Made by a program: the position numbers and the translations under genes. The notes beneath the pieces were generated by a model. The model searched no databases. It was not told the origin of the DNA and was given only the letters and a program-made list of their open reading frames with translations. From Mobula hypostoma (taxonomy: Eukaryota), in the NCBI RefSeq assembly GCF_963921235.1, contig NC_086098.1, forward strand, positions 2,046,001 to 2,110,000: a DNA stretch of 64,000 bases, given 5' to 3'. Below are positions 36,405 through 49,331 of this stretch, in pieces (positions within the stretch are counted from its first letter, which is position 1; each line of letters opens with the position of its first letter).

Positions 36405-38440
36405 TCAGAATCAGAATCAGAATCAGAATCAGGTTTATTATCACCGGCATGTGCCGTGAAATTTGTTAACTTAGCAGCAGTGGTTCAATGCGATACGTAA
36501 TATAGAAAACAAAACAAAATAAAATAACAATAATAAAAAATAAAAAGTAAATCAGTTACAGTATACAAGATTAAAAATCTTGCAAAAAACAGAAATAGTA
36601 CATATTAAAAAAGTGAGGTAGTGTCCAAGGGTTCAATATCCATTTGGGAATCGGACTGCGGAGGGGGAAAAGCTGTTCCTGAATCGCTGAACATGTGCCT
36701 TCAGGCTTCTGTACCTCCTACCTGATGGTAAAAGTGAGAAAAGGACATGTACATTGATGGAAGTTTTTGGGTGTACTTGTTGACATGCCAAATCTCTTCA
36801 ATCTCCTAATGAAGTATAGCCGTTGTCTTGCCTTTTTGATAGCTACATCGATATGTTGTGACCAGGTTATGTCCTCAGAGATCTTGACACCAAGGAACTT
36901 GAAACCGATCACTCTCTCCGTTTATGAGAATTTGTATGTGTTCCTTTGTCTTACCCTTCATGAAATCCACAATCAGCTCTTTCATCTTACTGACGTTGAG
37001 TGCCAGGTTGTTGCTGCGACACCACTCCACTAGTTGGCATATCTCACTCCTTCTCATCACAATCTGAGATTCTACCAACAATGGTTATATCGTCAGCAAA
37101 TTTATAGAAGGTATTTGAGCTACACCTAGCCACACAGTCATGAGTATACAAAGAATAGAGCAGTGGGCTAAGCACACACTCCTGAGGTGTGCCAGTGTTG
37201 ATCATCAGCAAAGAGGAGACGTTATCAGCAATCAGCACAGACTGTGGTCTTCTGGTTAGGAAGCTGAGGATCCAATTACGGAGGGAGGTACAGAGGCCCA
37301 GGTTCTGCTACTTCTCAATCAGGATTGTGGGAATGATGGTATTGAGCTATAGATGATGAACAGCATCCTGACATAGGTATTTGTGTTGTCCAGCTGGTCT
37401 AAAGCCATGTGAAGAGCTATTGAAATTGCATCTGCCGTTGACCTATTGTCGTGCTAGGCAAATTGCAGTGTGTCCAGGTCCTTGCTGAGGCAGGAGTTCA
37501 GTCTAGTCATGACCACCCTCTCAAAGCATTTCATCACTCTAGATGTGAGTGCTACCTGGTGATAGTCACTAAGGCAGCCCACATTATTCTTCTTAGGCAG
37601 TGGTATAATTGTTGCCTTTTTGAAGCAAGTGGGAACTCTTGCCCGTAGCAGTGAAAGGCTGAAAATGTCCTTGAATATTCCGGCCAGTTGCTTGGCACGG
37701 GTTTTCAGAGCCTTACCATCAGGACCTTCCGCCTTGCGAAGGTTCACTCTCTTTCAAGACAGCCTTTCATCGGCCTCTGAGACAATGATCACAGGGTATC
37801 AGGTGCAGCAGGGATCTCCACAGCTGCAGTTATATTCTCCCCTTCAAAGTGGGCATAGAAGGTGTTGAGTTCTTCTGGTAGTGAAGAATCACTGCCATTC
37901 ATGCTATTGGGTTTCGCTTTGTAGGAAGTAATGGTTCGGTAAACCCTGCAAGAGTTGTCATAAATCTGATGTCACCTCCAACCTCATTCAAAGTTGTCTC
38001 TTCGCCCTAAAAATAGCCCTCCGTAAATCATACCAGGTTTTCTGGTACTAGCCTGGGTCGCCAGACTTGAATGCCACAGATCTAGCCTTCGGAAGACGAC
38101 GTACCTCCTCCTGTTTCATCAATGGCTTTTGGTTTGGGAACGTACAGTAAGTCTTTGTGGGCATACACTCATCCACACAGGTTTTAATGAAGTCGGTAAC
38201 AACTGCAGCATACTCATCCAGGTTTGAAGACGAATCCCTGAATATAGTCCAGTCCACCAATTCAAAGCATTCCTGTAGGTGCTCTTGTGCTTCCCTTGTC
38301 CATACCTTCTTGGTCCTCACTACTGGTGCTGCAGTCTTCAGTCTCTACCTGTACTGGGGGAGTGGACGTATAGCCAGGTGATCAGACTTCCTGAAGTGAG
38401 GGTTTGGAATAGCATGGTAGGTATTCTTGATGGTGGTAAG
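36405..38440 (-). mobile_element. Rex1/Babar LINE, ~2 kb
   Basis: [46 protein letters not shown] and FKFLGV motifs; (GATTCT)n tail at 36407-36430. Confidence 0.92.
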
Positions 38441-38554
38441 TATGTGAACGGACTCTGTCAGCCTTTCTATTCCCTTATTTTCTCCTCTTTGGTGTCAAAT
38501 TTTATACAGAGCTGCCACTGCGAATGCCCAGGAAATTTAAAGGTACTTGATAAA

Positions 38555-38835
38555 TACACTCAGTGGCCAGTTCAAATGGTACACCTGCACACTTGCAGTT
38601 ATTGCAAATATCTAAGCAGTCAATCATGTGACAACAATTCAATGCATAAAAACGTATATGGTTATCTATTGTTATATAGGCATGGTCAAGGGGTTCAGTT
38701 GTTGTTCTGCCAACTATCAGAATGGGGAAGAAATGTGATCTAGGTGACTTTGACCATGGAATGATTGTTGGTGCCAGATGGGATGGTTCAAGTATCTCAG
38801 AATTGCTGATCTCATGGGTTTTCACGCACACCAAT
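38555..38835 (+). mobile_element. Tc1-type left end and transposase N-terminus
   Basis: TACACTCAGTGGCCA TIR and ATGGGGAAGAAATGTGATCTA (MGKKCDL). Confidence 0.8.
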
Positions 38836-38839
38836 CTAT

Positions 38840-39340
38840 GTGGATAGTATAGAGAGAGTGCGGAGGGAATTTACAAGGATGTTACCAGGATTGGAGAGCC
38901 TGCCTTATGAGAATAGGTTGAGTGAACTTGGCTTTTTCTCCTTGGAGCGATGGAGGATGAGAGGTGACCTGATAGAGGTGTATAAGATGATGAGAGGCAT
39001 TGATTGTGTGGATAGTTAGAGGCTTTTTCCCAGGGCTGAAATGGCTAGTGTGAGAGGGTATAGTTTTAAGGTGCTTGGAAGTAGGTACAAGGGGATGTCA
39101 GAGGTATATTTTTTTTCACACAGAGAGTGGTGGGTGCGTGGAATGTACTGCCAGTGAAGGTGGTAGAGGCAGATACGATAGGGTCTTTTAAGAAACTCTT
39201 AGATAGGTACATGGAGCTTAGAAAAATAGAGGACTATGCAGTAGGGTAATTCTAGACAGTTTCTAGAGTAGGTTACATGGTTGGCACAACATTGTGGGCT
39301 GAGGTACCTGCAATGTGCTGTAGATTTTCTAAGATTCTAT
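38840..39340 (+). mobile_element. CR1 3' relic
   Basis: RLSELGFFSLERWRMRGDLIEVYK coding plus tail. Confidence 0.85.
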
Positions 39341-39613
39341 GAACTTTTGAAGAATTATACATGAATAAAGACTGACAAACGACCTATGTGCAAAAGAAAA
39401 CAAACTGCAAGAATAAGTTACTGAGAACATGTGTTGTAGGATGCTTGAAAGTGAGTCTGAAGTTGTGGAATCAGTTTGAAGTTGAAGTGAGTGAAGTTAT
39501 TTATTTTTTATTTATTTATTGACATAGAGTGTGGAATAGGCTCTTTTGGTCCCATGAGCCACGCCATCCAGCAATCCCCCCAATTTAAATTTAATCCTGG
39601 TCTAATAATGGGA

Positions 39614-39880
39614 GACCCGGCTAGTGGCATAGCGGCATCAGTGCCAGACTTTGGGACAAAAGGTCCCGAGTTCGAATCCAGCCGGCTCCCCTGCACGCTT
39701 TCCATCCGTGCTGGGTTACGAGCTGGTGATCTCTTTGGAAACTCACCTGGCAGAAGGCAATGGCAAACCACTGCTGTAACTTGCCTTGTACGCGGTTCCC
39801 CACTACGTCAGCGAGGTGTGGAGGGAAATCGTCCGCTAACCGGGGTAACTCCGGATGCGACGTACCTTTCCTTTCCTTTC
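39614..39880 (+). mobile_element. tRNA(Pro)-like-headed SINE with an RTE/Bov-A-like block and (CTTTC)n tail, nested in a minus-strand V-SINE (~39540-40040)
   Basis: A box TGGCATAGCGG, CTTTGGG loop, B box GAGTTCGAATCC; GAAGGCAATGGCAAACCAC block; TSD CTAAT(A/C)ATGGGA at 39602-39613 and 39881-39892. Confidence 0.85.
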
Positions 39881-40767
39881 CTAATCATGGGACAATTTAT
39901 AATGACCAACGAACCTACCAACTGGTATGTTTTTGTACTGTGGGTTCCCTGAGGGAACCCCACACAATCACGGAGAGAACGTACAAACTCCTTACAGGTG
40001 GTGGTGGAAATTGAACCTGGGTCGCTGGCATTGTGAAATGCGCTGGCTGTGGTGGCCCATGATGGCTCAACATCCTGATGGTTGTCATGTAATAACAGTT
40101 TCTGAGTCTGGTCCTCTGTGTTGTGAAATTGAAATTAAACACGTACAAATATTTCCACCGCATTTTGCATTATTATCTGATAGATCAATCGTTCATAAAC
40201 AGAAGATGTAACTGTATATTGTGCCAAGCCAGATGAAAGTAGTGTTAAATATACACATTTGAAAGTACACAGAGTACACAATCTGTAAAGAGGAATTCAC
40301 TGCAATACTGGCACTGTCTGCTTGACTGCTCCTCAGGGACTAGTTTTTCTCTAAATTAAAGATAACAATTTGAAGGCGAGACATGGTGAGGGAGGAAGAA
40401 AGAGTAAGAGAAAGGAATGGGGGAGGAAGACTGAACAGAGGTATCACAGCCATCCGCTGTGTTCACACCATGGTGTGGAATGTAATAATGTGAATTACAT
40501 CCTAGGTCAATTGTCTCTATGGGCTCATATTACAGAGCTGCAGTCTCACAGGACGACCTGAGTTTGCATTACAGCCATTTACACCACAATACCAAGGCCA
40601 TCGGCTGAGATCAATACTCAACTAACAGGCAATGCTTTCAAAATAAGAAAGAGTATGCATGGAGAGAAAGCTGGTGGACACCAATAGCAGGGATTCACAT
40701 GAAAGCTTGACCATTAGGTAATGATAGTGCTTGGACGAGGGAAATTCGGGATTCAAGATTGTTTAAT

Positions 40768-40906
40768 TCAACATTCGAGTCCTGATGAAGGGTCTTGGCT
40801 TGAAATGTCGACTGCACTGCTTTTCATATTTGCTGCCTGGCCTGCTGAATTCCTCCAGTTTTTCATATGTGTTGCTGGATTCCCAGCATTTGCTGTTTTT
40901 CACTTG
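40768..40906 (+). mobile_element. 139-bp Penelope-like mini-insertion that is essentially hammerhead plus tail
   Basis: Perfect 16-bp TSD TTCAAGATTGTTTAAT at 40752-40767 and 40907-40922. Confidence 0.85.
40778..40813 (+). ncRNA. Minimal type-I hammerhead ribozyme motif (core intact)
   Basis: AGTC-CTGATGA-AGGGTCTTGGCTT-GAAA-TG-TC-GACT; stem II retained only through G-U pairs. Confidence 0.75.
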
Positions 40907-42008
40907 TTCAAGATTGTTTAATGTCATGCCGCTGTTCTGTGCTCAGTGTCAGACGTGGGAATTCCTGGAAACTCACAGCCTCCTGGACGGCCACGTCTGT
41001 GCCAGGTGCGTCAAGCTGCAGCTCCTTAGGGAACTGGAGATGCAGCTCAATGACCTTCATCTGGTCAGGGAGATGAGGAGGTGATAGAGGAGCTATAGGC
41101 AGGTAGTCACACTGAGGCCTGGGGAGACAGATAAGTGAGTAACAGTCAGGAGAGGGAAGGGGAAGAGTCAGATACGAGAGAGTACCCCTGTGGCTGTCCA
41201 CCTTGACAATACATACTCCTGTTTGAGTACTGTTGGGGGGGACAGACTACCTGGGGAGAGCAACGGTGCTAACGCCTCTAGCACAGAGTCTGGCCCTGTG
41301 GCTCGGAAGGGTAGGGAAAGGAAGAGGATGGCAGCAGTGTTAGGGGGTCAGACAGGCGATTCTATGGACGCAGGAAAGAAAGACGGATGGTAGTTTGCCT
41401 CCCAGGTGCAAGGGTCTGGGGTGTTTCTGGTCGTGTCCACAAAATCCTGAAGTGGGAAAGAGAACAGCCAGAGGTCGTGGTACATATTGGTACCAATGAC
41501 ATAAGTAGGAAAAGGGAGGAGGTCCCGAAAACAGACTACAAGGAAGTTGAGAAGCAGGACCTCAAAGGTGGTAATCTTGGGATTACTGCCTCTGCCACGT
41601 GACATATAGGAATAGAGTGAGGTGGAGGATAAATGCGTGGCTGAGGGATTGGAGCAGGGGGCAGGGATTCAGATTTCTGGATCACTGGGACCTCTTTTGG
41701 GGCAGGTGTGACCTGTACAAAAAGAATGGGTTGCACTTGAATCCGAGGGGGACCAATATTCTGGAGGGAAGGTTTGCTAAGGCTTTTGGGGAGAGTTTAA
41801 ACTAGAATTGCTGGGGGGTGGGAACCAAACTGAAGAGACGGAGGAAGGGGAGGTTGGCTCACAAATAGAGAAAGCTTGGAGACAGTGCGAGAGGGGGGAT
41901 AGCCAGGTGATAGAGAAGGGATGTGCTCAGACCGTTGGTTTGAGATGTGTCTATTTTAATGCAAGGAGTATCATGAACAAAGCAGATGAGCATAGAGCGT
42001 GGATCAGT

Positions 42009-42609
42009 GCAACACTCACAACATGCTGGAGGAACTCGGCAGGTCGGGCAGCATCCACGGAAAAGATCAGGCTGGAACCCTTCGTCAGGACTGTAGAGGG
42101 AAGGGGCAGAGGCCCTATAAAGAAGGTGGGGGGAGGGTGGGAAGGAGAAGGCTGGTAGGTTCCAGGTGAAAAACCAGTAAGGGGAAAGATAAAGGGCTGG
42201 GGGAAGGGAGGCGGGGAGGTGATAGGCAGGAAAGGTGAAGAAAGAATAGGGGAAAACACAATGGGTAGTAAAAGGAGGCGGAACCATGAGGGAGGTGATA
42301 GGCAGCTGGGGGAGGGGGCAGAGTGACATAAGGATGGGGGAAGGGAGGGGGAGGGAATTACCGGAAGTTGGAGAATTCGATGTTCATACCAAGAGGCTGG
42401 AGACTACCTAGACGGTATATGAGGTGTTGCTCCTCCAACCTGAGTTTAACCTCATCATGGCAGTAGAGGAGGCCATGTATGGACATATCTGAATGGGAAT
42501 GGGAAGTAGAGTTGAAGTGGGTGGCTATTGGGAGATCCTGTCTGTTTTGGCGGACGGACGGAGTGTTGCTTTGACCCCAGCATCTGCAGAGTATTTTGTG
42601 TTTACAATT
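42009..42609 (-). mobile_element. Penelope-like insertion (second subfamily) inside the CR1 endonuclease
   Basis: Minus strand PIATHFNSTSHSHSDMSIHGLLYCHDE..EEQHLIYRLGSLQP; partial hammerhead AGTCCTGACGAAGGG; TSD GAG(C/T)GTGGATCAGT at 41995-42008 and 42610-42623. Confidence 0.9.
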
Positions 42610-43215
42610 GAGTGTGGATCAGTACTTGGAACTATGATGTGGTGGCCATTATAGAGACTTGGATGACTCAGGGGCAGGAATGGTTACTTCAAGTGCCAGG
42701 CTGTTTCAGAAAGGACCGGAAGGGAGGCAAAAAAGGTGGGGGTGTGGCACTGCTGATCAGAGATAGTGTCACGGCTGCAGAAAAGGAGGAAGTTATGGAG
42801 GGATTGTCTTCAGTGTCTCTGTGGGTAGGGGCTAGGAACAGGAAGGGGTCAATAACTCTACTGGGTGTCTTTTATAGACCACCTAATAGTAATAGGGACA
42901 TCAAGGAGCAGATAGGAAGGCAGATTCTGAAAAGGTGTAATAATAACAGGGTTGTCGGGGTGGGAGATTTTAATTTCCCAAATATCAATTGGCATCTCCC
43001 TAGAGCAAGGAGCTTAGATGGGGTGGAGTTTGTTAGGTGTGTTCAGGAAGGTTTCTTGACACAATATGTAGATAAGCCTACAAGAGGAGAGGCTGTACTT
43101 GATCCGGTATTGGAAAATAAACCTGGTCAGGTGTTAGATCTCTCAGTGGCAGAGCATTTTTGAAATAGTGATCACAATTCTATCTCCTTTACCATAGCAT
43201 TGGAGAGGGATAGGA

Positions 43216-44663
43216 CATAGAACATAGAACATTAGTACAGCACAGTACAGGCCCTTTGGCTCACAATGTTGTGCCGACACTCAAACCCTGCCTCCCATAT
43301 ATCCCCCACCTTAAATTCCTCCATATACCTGTCTAGTAGTCTCTTAAACTTCACGAGTGTATCTGCCTCCACCACTGACTTCTCACCGCTTACCTTAAAG
43401 CCATGTCCTCTTGTACTGAGCAGTGGTGCCCTGGGGAAGGGGCACTGGCTATCCACTCTATCCATTCCTCTTATTATCTTGTACACCTCTATCATGTCTC
43501 CTCTCATCCTCCTTCTCTCCAAAGAGTAAAGCCCTAGCTCCCTTAATCTCTGATCATAATGCATACTTTCTAAACCAGGCAGCATCCTGGTAAATCTCCT
43601 CTGTACCCTTTCCAATGCTTCCACATCCTTTCTATAGTGAGGCGACCAGAACTGGACACAGTACTCCAAGTGTGGCCAAACCAGAGTTTTATAGAGCTGC
43701 ATCATTACATCGCGACTCTTAAACTCTATCCCTCGACTTATGAAAGCTAACACCCTATAAGCTTTCTTAACTACCCTAACCACCTGTGAGGCAACTTTCA
43801 GGGATCTGTGGACATGTAGCCCCAGATCCCTCTGCTCCTCCACACTAACAAGTATCCTGCCAATTACTTTGTACTCTGCCTTGGAGTTTGTCCTTCCAAA
43901 GTGTACCACCTCACACATCTCCGGGTCGAACTCCATCTGCCACCTCTCAGCCCACTCCTGCATCCTATCAATGTCTCTCTGCAATCTTTGACAATCCTCT
44001 ACACTATCTACAACATCACCAACCTTTGTGTCGTCTGCAAACTTGCCAACCCAGCCTTCTACCCCCACATCCAGGTCGTTAATAAAAATTACTAAAAGTA
44101 GTGGTCCCAGAACAGATCCTTGTGGGACACCACTAGTCACAATCCTTCAATCTGAATGTACTCCCTCCACCACGACTCTCTGCCTTCTGCAGGCAAGCCA
44201 ATTCTGAATCCACCTGGCCAAACTTCCCTGGATCCCGTGCCTTCTGACTTTCTGAATAAGCCTATTGTGTGGAACCTTGTCAAATGCATTATGAAAATCC
44301 ATATAGATCACATCCACTGCACTACCCTCATCTATATGCCTGGTCACCTCCTCAAAGAACTCTATCAGGCTTGTTAGACACAATCTACCCTTCACAAAGC
44401 CATGCTGACTGTCCCTGATCAGACCATAATTCTCTAAATGCCTATAGATCCTATCTCTAAGAATCTTTTCCAACAGCTTTCCCACCACTGTTCGATAATT
44501 ACCTGGACTATCCCTACTACCTTTTTTGAACAAGGGGACAACATTCGCCTCTCTCCAATCCTCCGGTACCATTCCCATGGACAACGAGGACGTAAAGATC
44601 CTAGCCAGAGGCTCAACAATCTCTTCTCTCACCTTATGGAGCAGCCTGGGGAATATTCCGTCA
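43216..44663 (-). mobile_element. CR1 RT insertion (same subfamily as 27600-28865) nested in the large CR1
   Basis: 302-aa minus RT ORF 43232-44140; TSD GATAGGA at 43209-43215 and 44664-44670. Confidence 0.92.
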
Positions 44664-47129
44664 GATAGGAACAGACAAGTTAGGAAAGCGTTTAATTGGA
44701 GTAAAGGGAAATATAAGGGTATCAGGCAGGAACTTGGAAGCATAAATTGGAAACAGATATTCTCAGGGAAATGTACGGAAGAAATGTGGCAAATGTTTGG
44801 GGGATATTTGCGTGTAGTTCTAAGTAAGTGCATTCCAATGAGACATGAAAAGGATGGTACAGTACAAGATCCGTTGTGTACAAAGGCTGTTGTAAATCTA
44901 GTCAAGAAGGAAAGAAGAGCTTACGAATGGTTCAAAAAACTAGGTAATGATAGGCATCTAGAAGGTTATAAGGCTTGCAGGAAGGAGCTTAAGAATGAAA
45001 TTAGGAGAGCCAGAAGGGGCCATGAGAAGGCCTTGGTGTACAGGATTCAGGAAAACCCCAAGGCATTCTACAAGTATGCAAAGAGAAAGGGGATAAGACT
45101 TGAGGGAATAGGACCAAACAAGTGCGACAGTGGAAAAGTGTGTATGGAACCGGAGGAAATAGCAGAGGTACTTAATGAATACTTTACTTCAGTATTCACT
45201 ATGGAAAAGAACCTTGGTGATTGTCGTGCTGAGTTGCAGCAGACTGAAAATCTTGAGCATGTAATTATTAAGAAACAGGATTTGCTGGAGCTTTTGGAAA
45301 GCATCAAGTTGGATAAGTCACTGGGTCTGGATGAGATGTACCCAAGGCTACTGTGGAGGTGAGGGAGGAGATTGATGAGCCTCTGGTGATGATCTTTGCA
45401 TCATCAATGGGGACAGGAGAGGTTCTGGAGGATTGGAGAGTTGCGGATGTTGTTCCCTTATTCAAGGAAGGGAGTAGAGATAGTCCAGGAAATTATAGGC
45501 CAGTGAGTCTTACTTCAGTGTTTGGTAAGTTGATGGAGAAGACCCTGAGAGGTAGGATTTATGAACATTTGGAGAGATATAATATGACTGGAAATAGTCA
45601 GCATGGCTTTGTCAGAGGCAGGTCGTATTTTACGAGCCTAATTGAATTTTTTGAGGATGTGACTCAACACATTGATGAAGGTAGAGTAGTAGTTATACTG
45701 TATATATGGATTTCAGCAAGGCATTTGATAAGGTACCCCATGCAAGTCTTATTGAGAAAGTAAGGAGGCATGGATTCCAAGGGAACATTGCTTTGGGGAT
45801 CCAGAACTGGCTTGCTTATAGAAGGCCAGGAGTGGTTGTAGACGGCTCATATTCTGCATGGAGGTCGATGACCAGTGGTGTGTATCAGGGAACTGTTCTG
45901 GGACCCCTACTCTGTTATAAATGACCTGGATGAGGAAGTAGAGGCATGCAATTAGTAAATTTGCTAATGACACAAAGGTTGTGGATAGTGTGGAGGCTGG
46001 CAAAGGTTACAGCGGGACATTGATAGGGTGCAAAACTGGGCTGAGAAATGGCAGATAGAGTTCAACCCAGATAAGTGTGAGGTGGTTCATTCTGGTCGGT
46101 CAAATATGATGGCAGAATATAGTATTAATGGTAAGACTCTTGGCAATGTGGAGGATCAGAGGGATCTTGGGGTCCAAGTCCATAGGACACTTAAAGCTGC
46201 TGCGCAGGTTGACTCTGTGGTTAAGAAGGCATACAGTGCATTGGCCTTCATCAATCATGGGATTGAGTTTAGGAGCCGAGAGGTAAAGTGGCAGCTATAT
46301 AGGACCCTGGTCAGACCCCATTTGGAGTACTGTGCTCAGTTCTGGTCACCTGAGTACAGGAAAGATGTGGAAACTATAGAAAGGGTGCAACGGAAATTTA
46401 CAAGGATATTGCCTGGATTGGGGACCATGCCTTACAAGAATAGGTTGAGTGAACTTGGCCTTTTCTCCTTGGAGCGATGGAGGATGAGAGGTGACCTGAT
46501 AGAGGTGTATAAGATGATGAGAGGCATTGATCATGTGGATAGTCAGAGGCTTTTTCCCAGGGCTGAAATAACTATCACGAAAGGGAACAGTTTTAATATG
46601 CTTGGAAATGGGTACAGAGGAGATGTCAGGGTTAGGTTTTTACGCAGAGAGTGATGAGTGCATGGAATGGGCTGCCGGCGACGGTGGTGGAGTCGGATGT
46701 GATAGAGACGAATAGCTACTTGGAGCTTAGAAGAATAGAGGGCTATGGGTAAACCTAGGTTGTTCTAAGGTAAGGACATGTTCAGCACAGCTTTGTGGGC
46801 TGAAGGGCATGTATTGTGCTGTAGGTTTTCTATGTTTCTATGTTACTATGTCATTTTGAGCAGCCAAATATAAAGGAGAACAAAATAATTGTAACTCCAG
46901 ATCCAATACAGCAGAAAAAAAACAGAATAGGATAAAGAACACAATAATAAACAACACAATGAATATAATTACATAAGCACACACAAAATGCTGAAGGAAC
47001 TCAACAGGTCAGACAGCACCTCTGAAAGTGACGTTTTGATGCCGAGATGCGAGCAGAACAATCTGGAAGGTGACCGGTGAAGCCAGGTGGGTGGGGGAGG
47101 GTGGAATGAAGTAAAAAACTCCTGCTAAC

Positions 47130-47640
47130 ATGTACAAAGTTCAATGTAAATTTATTATTGGGATATATAGGTATATGTCACAATATGCTACCCTAAGATT
47201 CCCTTTCTTGCAGGCATTCACATTACATTGAACAGAGTACAACAGAATCACTGAAAATCTACAGGTGAAGACGGAGAAACAAACAATGTTCAAAAGACCT
47301 GAAATTGTGTAAATACAAAAATAAAAGAAAGCAAAATAATAAGAAGCAATAAATAAGCAATAAACATCAAAAACGAATTGTCGAGTCCTTTAGCGTGAGT
47401 CTGTAGGTTGTGGAATCAGATTGGTGACGAGGTGAATGAAGTTATCCACACTGGTTCAGGAACCTGATGGTTGAGAGGTAATAACTTTGCTGAACCTGGT
47501 AGTGTGGGTTTGAGGTTCCTCTACCTCCTGCCCGTTGTCAGCAGTGAGAAGAGAGCGTTGCCTAGATGGTGGGGACTTCTGATGATGGATTCTGCTTTCC
47601 TGCAACAGCACTCTGTGTGGATATGCTCAGTGGTGGTGAG
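47130..47640 (-). mobile_element. Rex1 3' relic
   Basis: EHIHTECCCRKAESIIRSPHHLGNALFSLL. Confidence 0.75.
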
Positions 47641-49181
47641 GGAGTTCAATGTTGGGGAATCAGAGGTATGCAGAAACAAGGCAAAACTGCAGATCTTTTT
47701 CAAAAGGAACTAAGTGAAGTAGATTGAAATGAAAAAAAAATCATTAAAACATGACAAAGTAGTAGCAAGGGCTATGGACGTGCACTGCCTAGTCAGAGGG
47801 TGAAGAGTCAGGGGACTAACTGACTTGACCTTTGGTCCAGTCTCTTAATCACTCAGGCTATGCTCAGTACACGTGTGTCGCCATTATTACTTAATTAATG
47901 TAGTATTGTTCTCAGCAGATGCAGTCGACCCATTTGAGCCATACAGGTCACAGGCATTATCCTGTGTATTGGTCAACTGTCTGAGAAAAAGATGCAATGT
48001 TTTTACTAGGTAAAAAAAAAAATTAATCTATATTGTAATTACAACTCCATGAGGCACTGATCCTCACAGCAAGAAAGAATGGGTTAACAAGGCATATTCA
48101 TTGGAAATTAATGATTATAAAAAGGAATTAACTGATGAAAACAACTTGGAATTTCAGCAAGGAAGTTATGCTATTCATTTCTTGTATATGAAAGGACTAA
48201 CCTTTTGAAATCTGGTTGTTCAACAGGGTAATGTTACCTTGTAATGTTAGATATCTTTAATAGTTATAGCTATTATAATGATTGCTTAATTCCTCAACTA
48301 GATAGCGGTATTTCTTTAAAACACGATAAAGTAGTGGCTAACATGACGTTACAACAGCACCAGCAAACTGGAATCAATTCTGATGGTGTCTGTGAGGAGC
48401 TTATATGTTCTCCCTGTGACTGCGTGTGTTTCTTCTGGGTTGCTGCAGTTTCCTCCCACGTTTCAAAGGCAAACAGTCTTGCCTGACAAATCTATTTGAA
48501 TTCTTTAAAGCAATAACAAGCAGGATAGACAAAGGAGAATCGGTGGAAGTTGTGTACTTGGATTTTCAGAAGGCCTTTGACAAGATGCCACACATGAGGC
48601 TGCTTAACAAGGTAAGAGCCCATGGAATTACAGGAAAGATACAAGCATGGAGAAAGCATTGGCTGATTGGCAGGAGGCAAAGAGTGGAAATAAAAGGATC
48701 CTTTTCAGTTTGGCTGCCAGTGACTAGTGGTGGTCTACAGAGGTCTGTGTAGGGACCATTACCCTTTATGTTAAAGATTACTCTTCATGGAGATATCGGA
48801 GTAAGTTTTTTACACAGAGAGTGGTGAGTGTGTGGAATGGGTTGCCGGCAGCGGCGGTGGAGGTGGATACAATCGGGTCTTTTAAGAGACTTACGGATGG
48901 ATACATAGAGCTTAGAGAAGTAGAGGGCTATCGGTAAGCTTAGGTAGTTCTAAGGTAAGGACATGTTCCGGACAGCTTTGTGGGCCGAAGGGCCTGTATT
49001 GTGCTGTAGGTTTTCTATATTTCTATGTTTCTATTAAATGTTGATGATTTGGATGATGGAATTGATGATAAAGTTTGTGGATGATACAAAGATACTTGAG
49101 GAGGCCAGTAGTGTTAAGGAAGCAGAAGGAGTCAGACATTTAAAAGATTGGGCAAGGAAGTAGGAAGTGTATGGTCACGCA

Positions 49182-49331
49182 ACCTGGAAATCTGCAGATG
49201 CTGGACTTTCAGGCAACACACACAAAAAATGCTGGTGAACGCTGCAGGCCAGGCAGCATCTATAGGAAGAAGTACAGTCGACATTTCGGGCTGAGACCAG
49301 TCCTGACGAAGGGTCTCGGCCCGAAACGTCG
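49182..49331. mobile_element. Fold-back Penelope-like mini-insertion ending at the hammerhead cleavage site
   Basis: TSD AGTGTATGGT(C/T)AC(G/A)CA at 49166-49181 and 49332-49347; 49274-49298 is the inverted copy of ~49312-49336. Confidence 0.85.

Larger units (their letters stand above)
40925..46850 (+). mobile_element. Near-full-length CR1 LINE relic (ORF1 Zn-finger plus SGNH esterase; ORF2 EN-RT) carrying two nested insertions
   Basis: CAQC..HVCARC Zn finger; CLPGA, VVVHIGTND, NGLHLN esterase; NARSIMNK, YRPPNS, GDFNFP endonuclease; DFSKAFDKVPH and RPHLEYCAQFW RT; (TTTCTATG) tail. Confidence 0.92.

Noticed and set aside
39614..39690. Functional tRNA gene
   Set aside because: Acceptor and anticodon stems do not pair well, and it continues into a SINE body with tail and TSD.
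44526..45362. 278-aa ORF and antisense 252-aa ORF 44147-44905
   Set aside because: Chimeras across the junction of two nested, opposite-strand CR1 copies.
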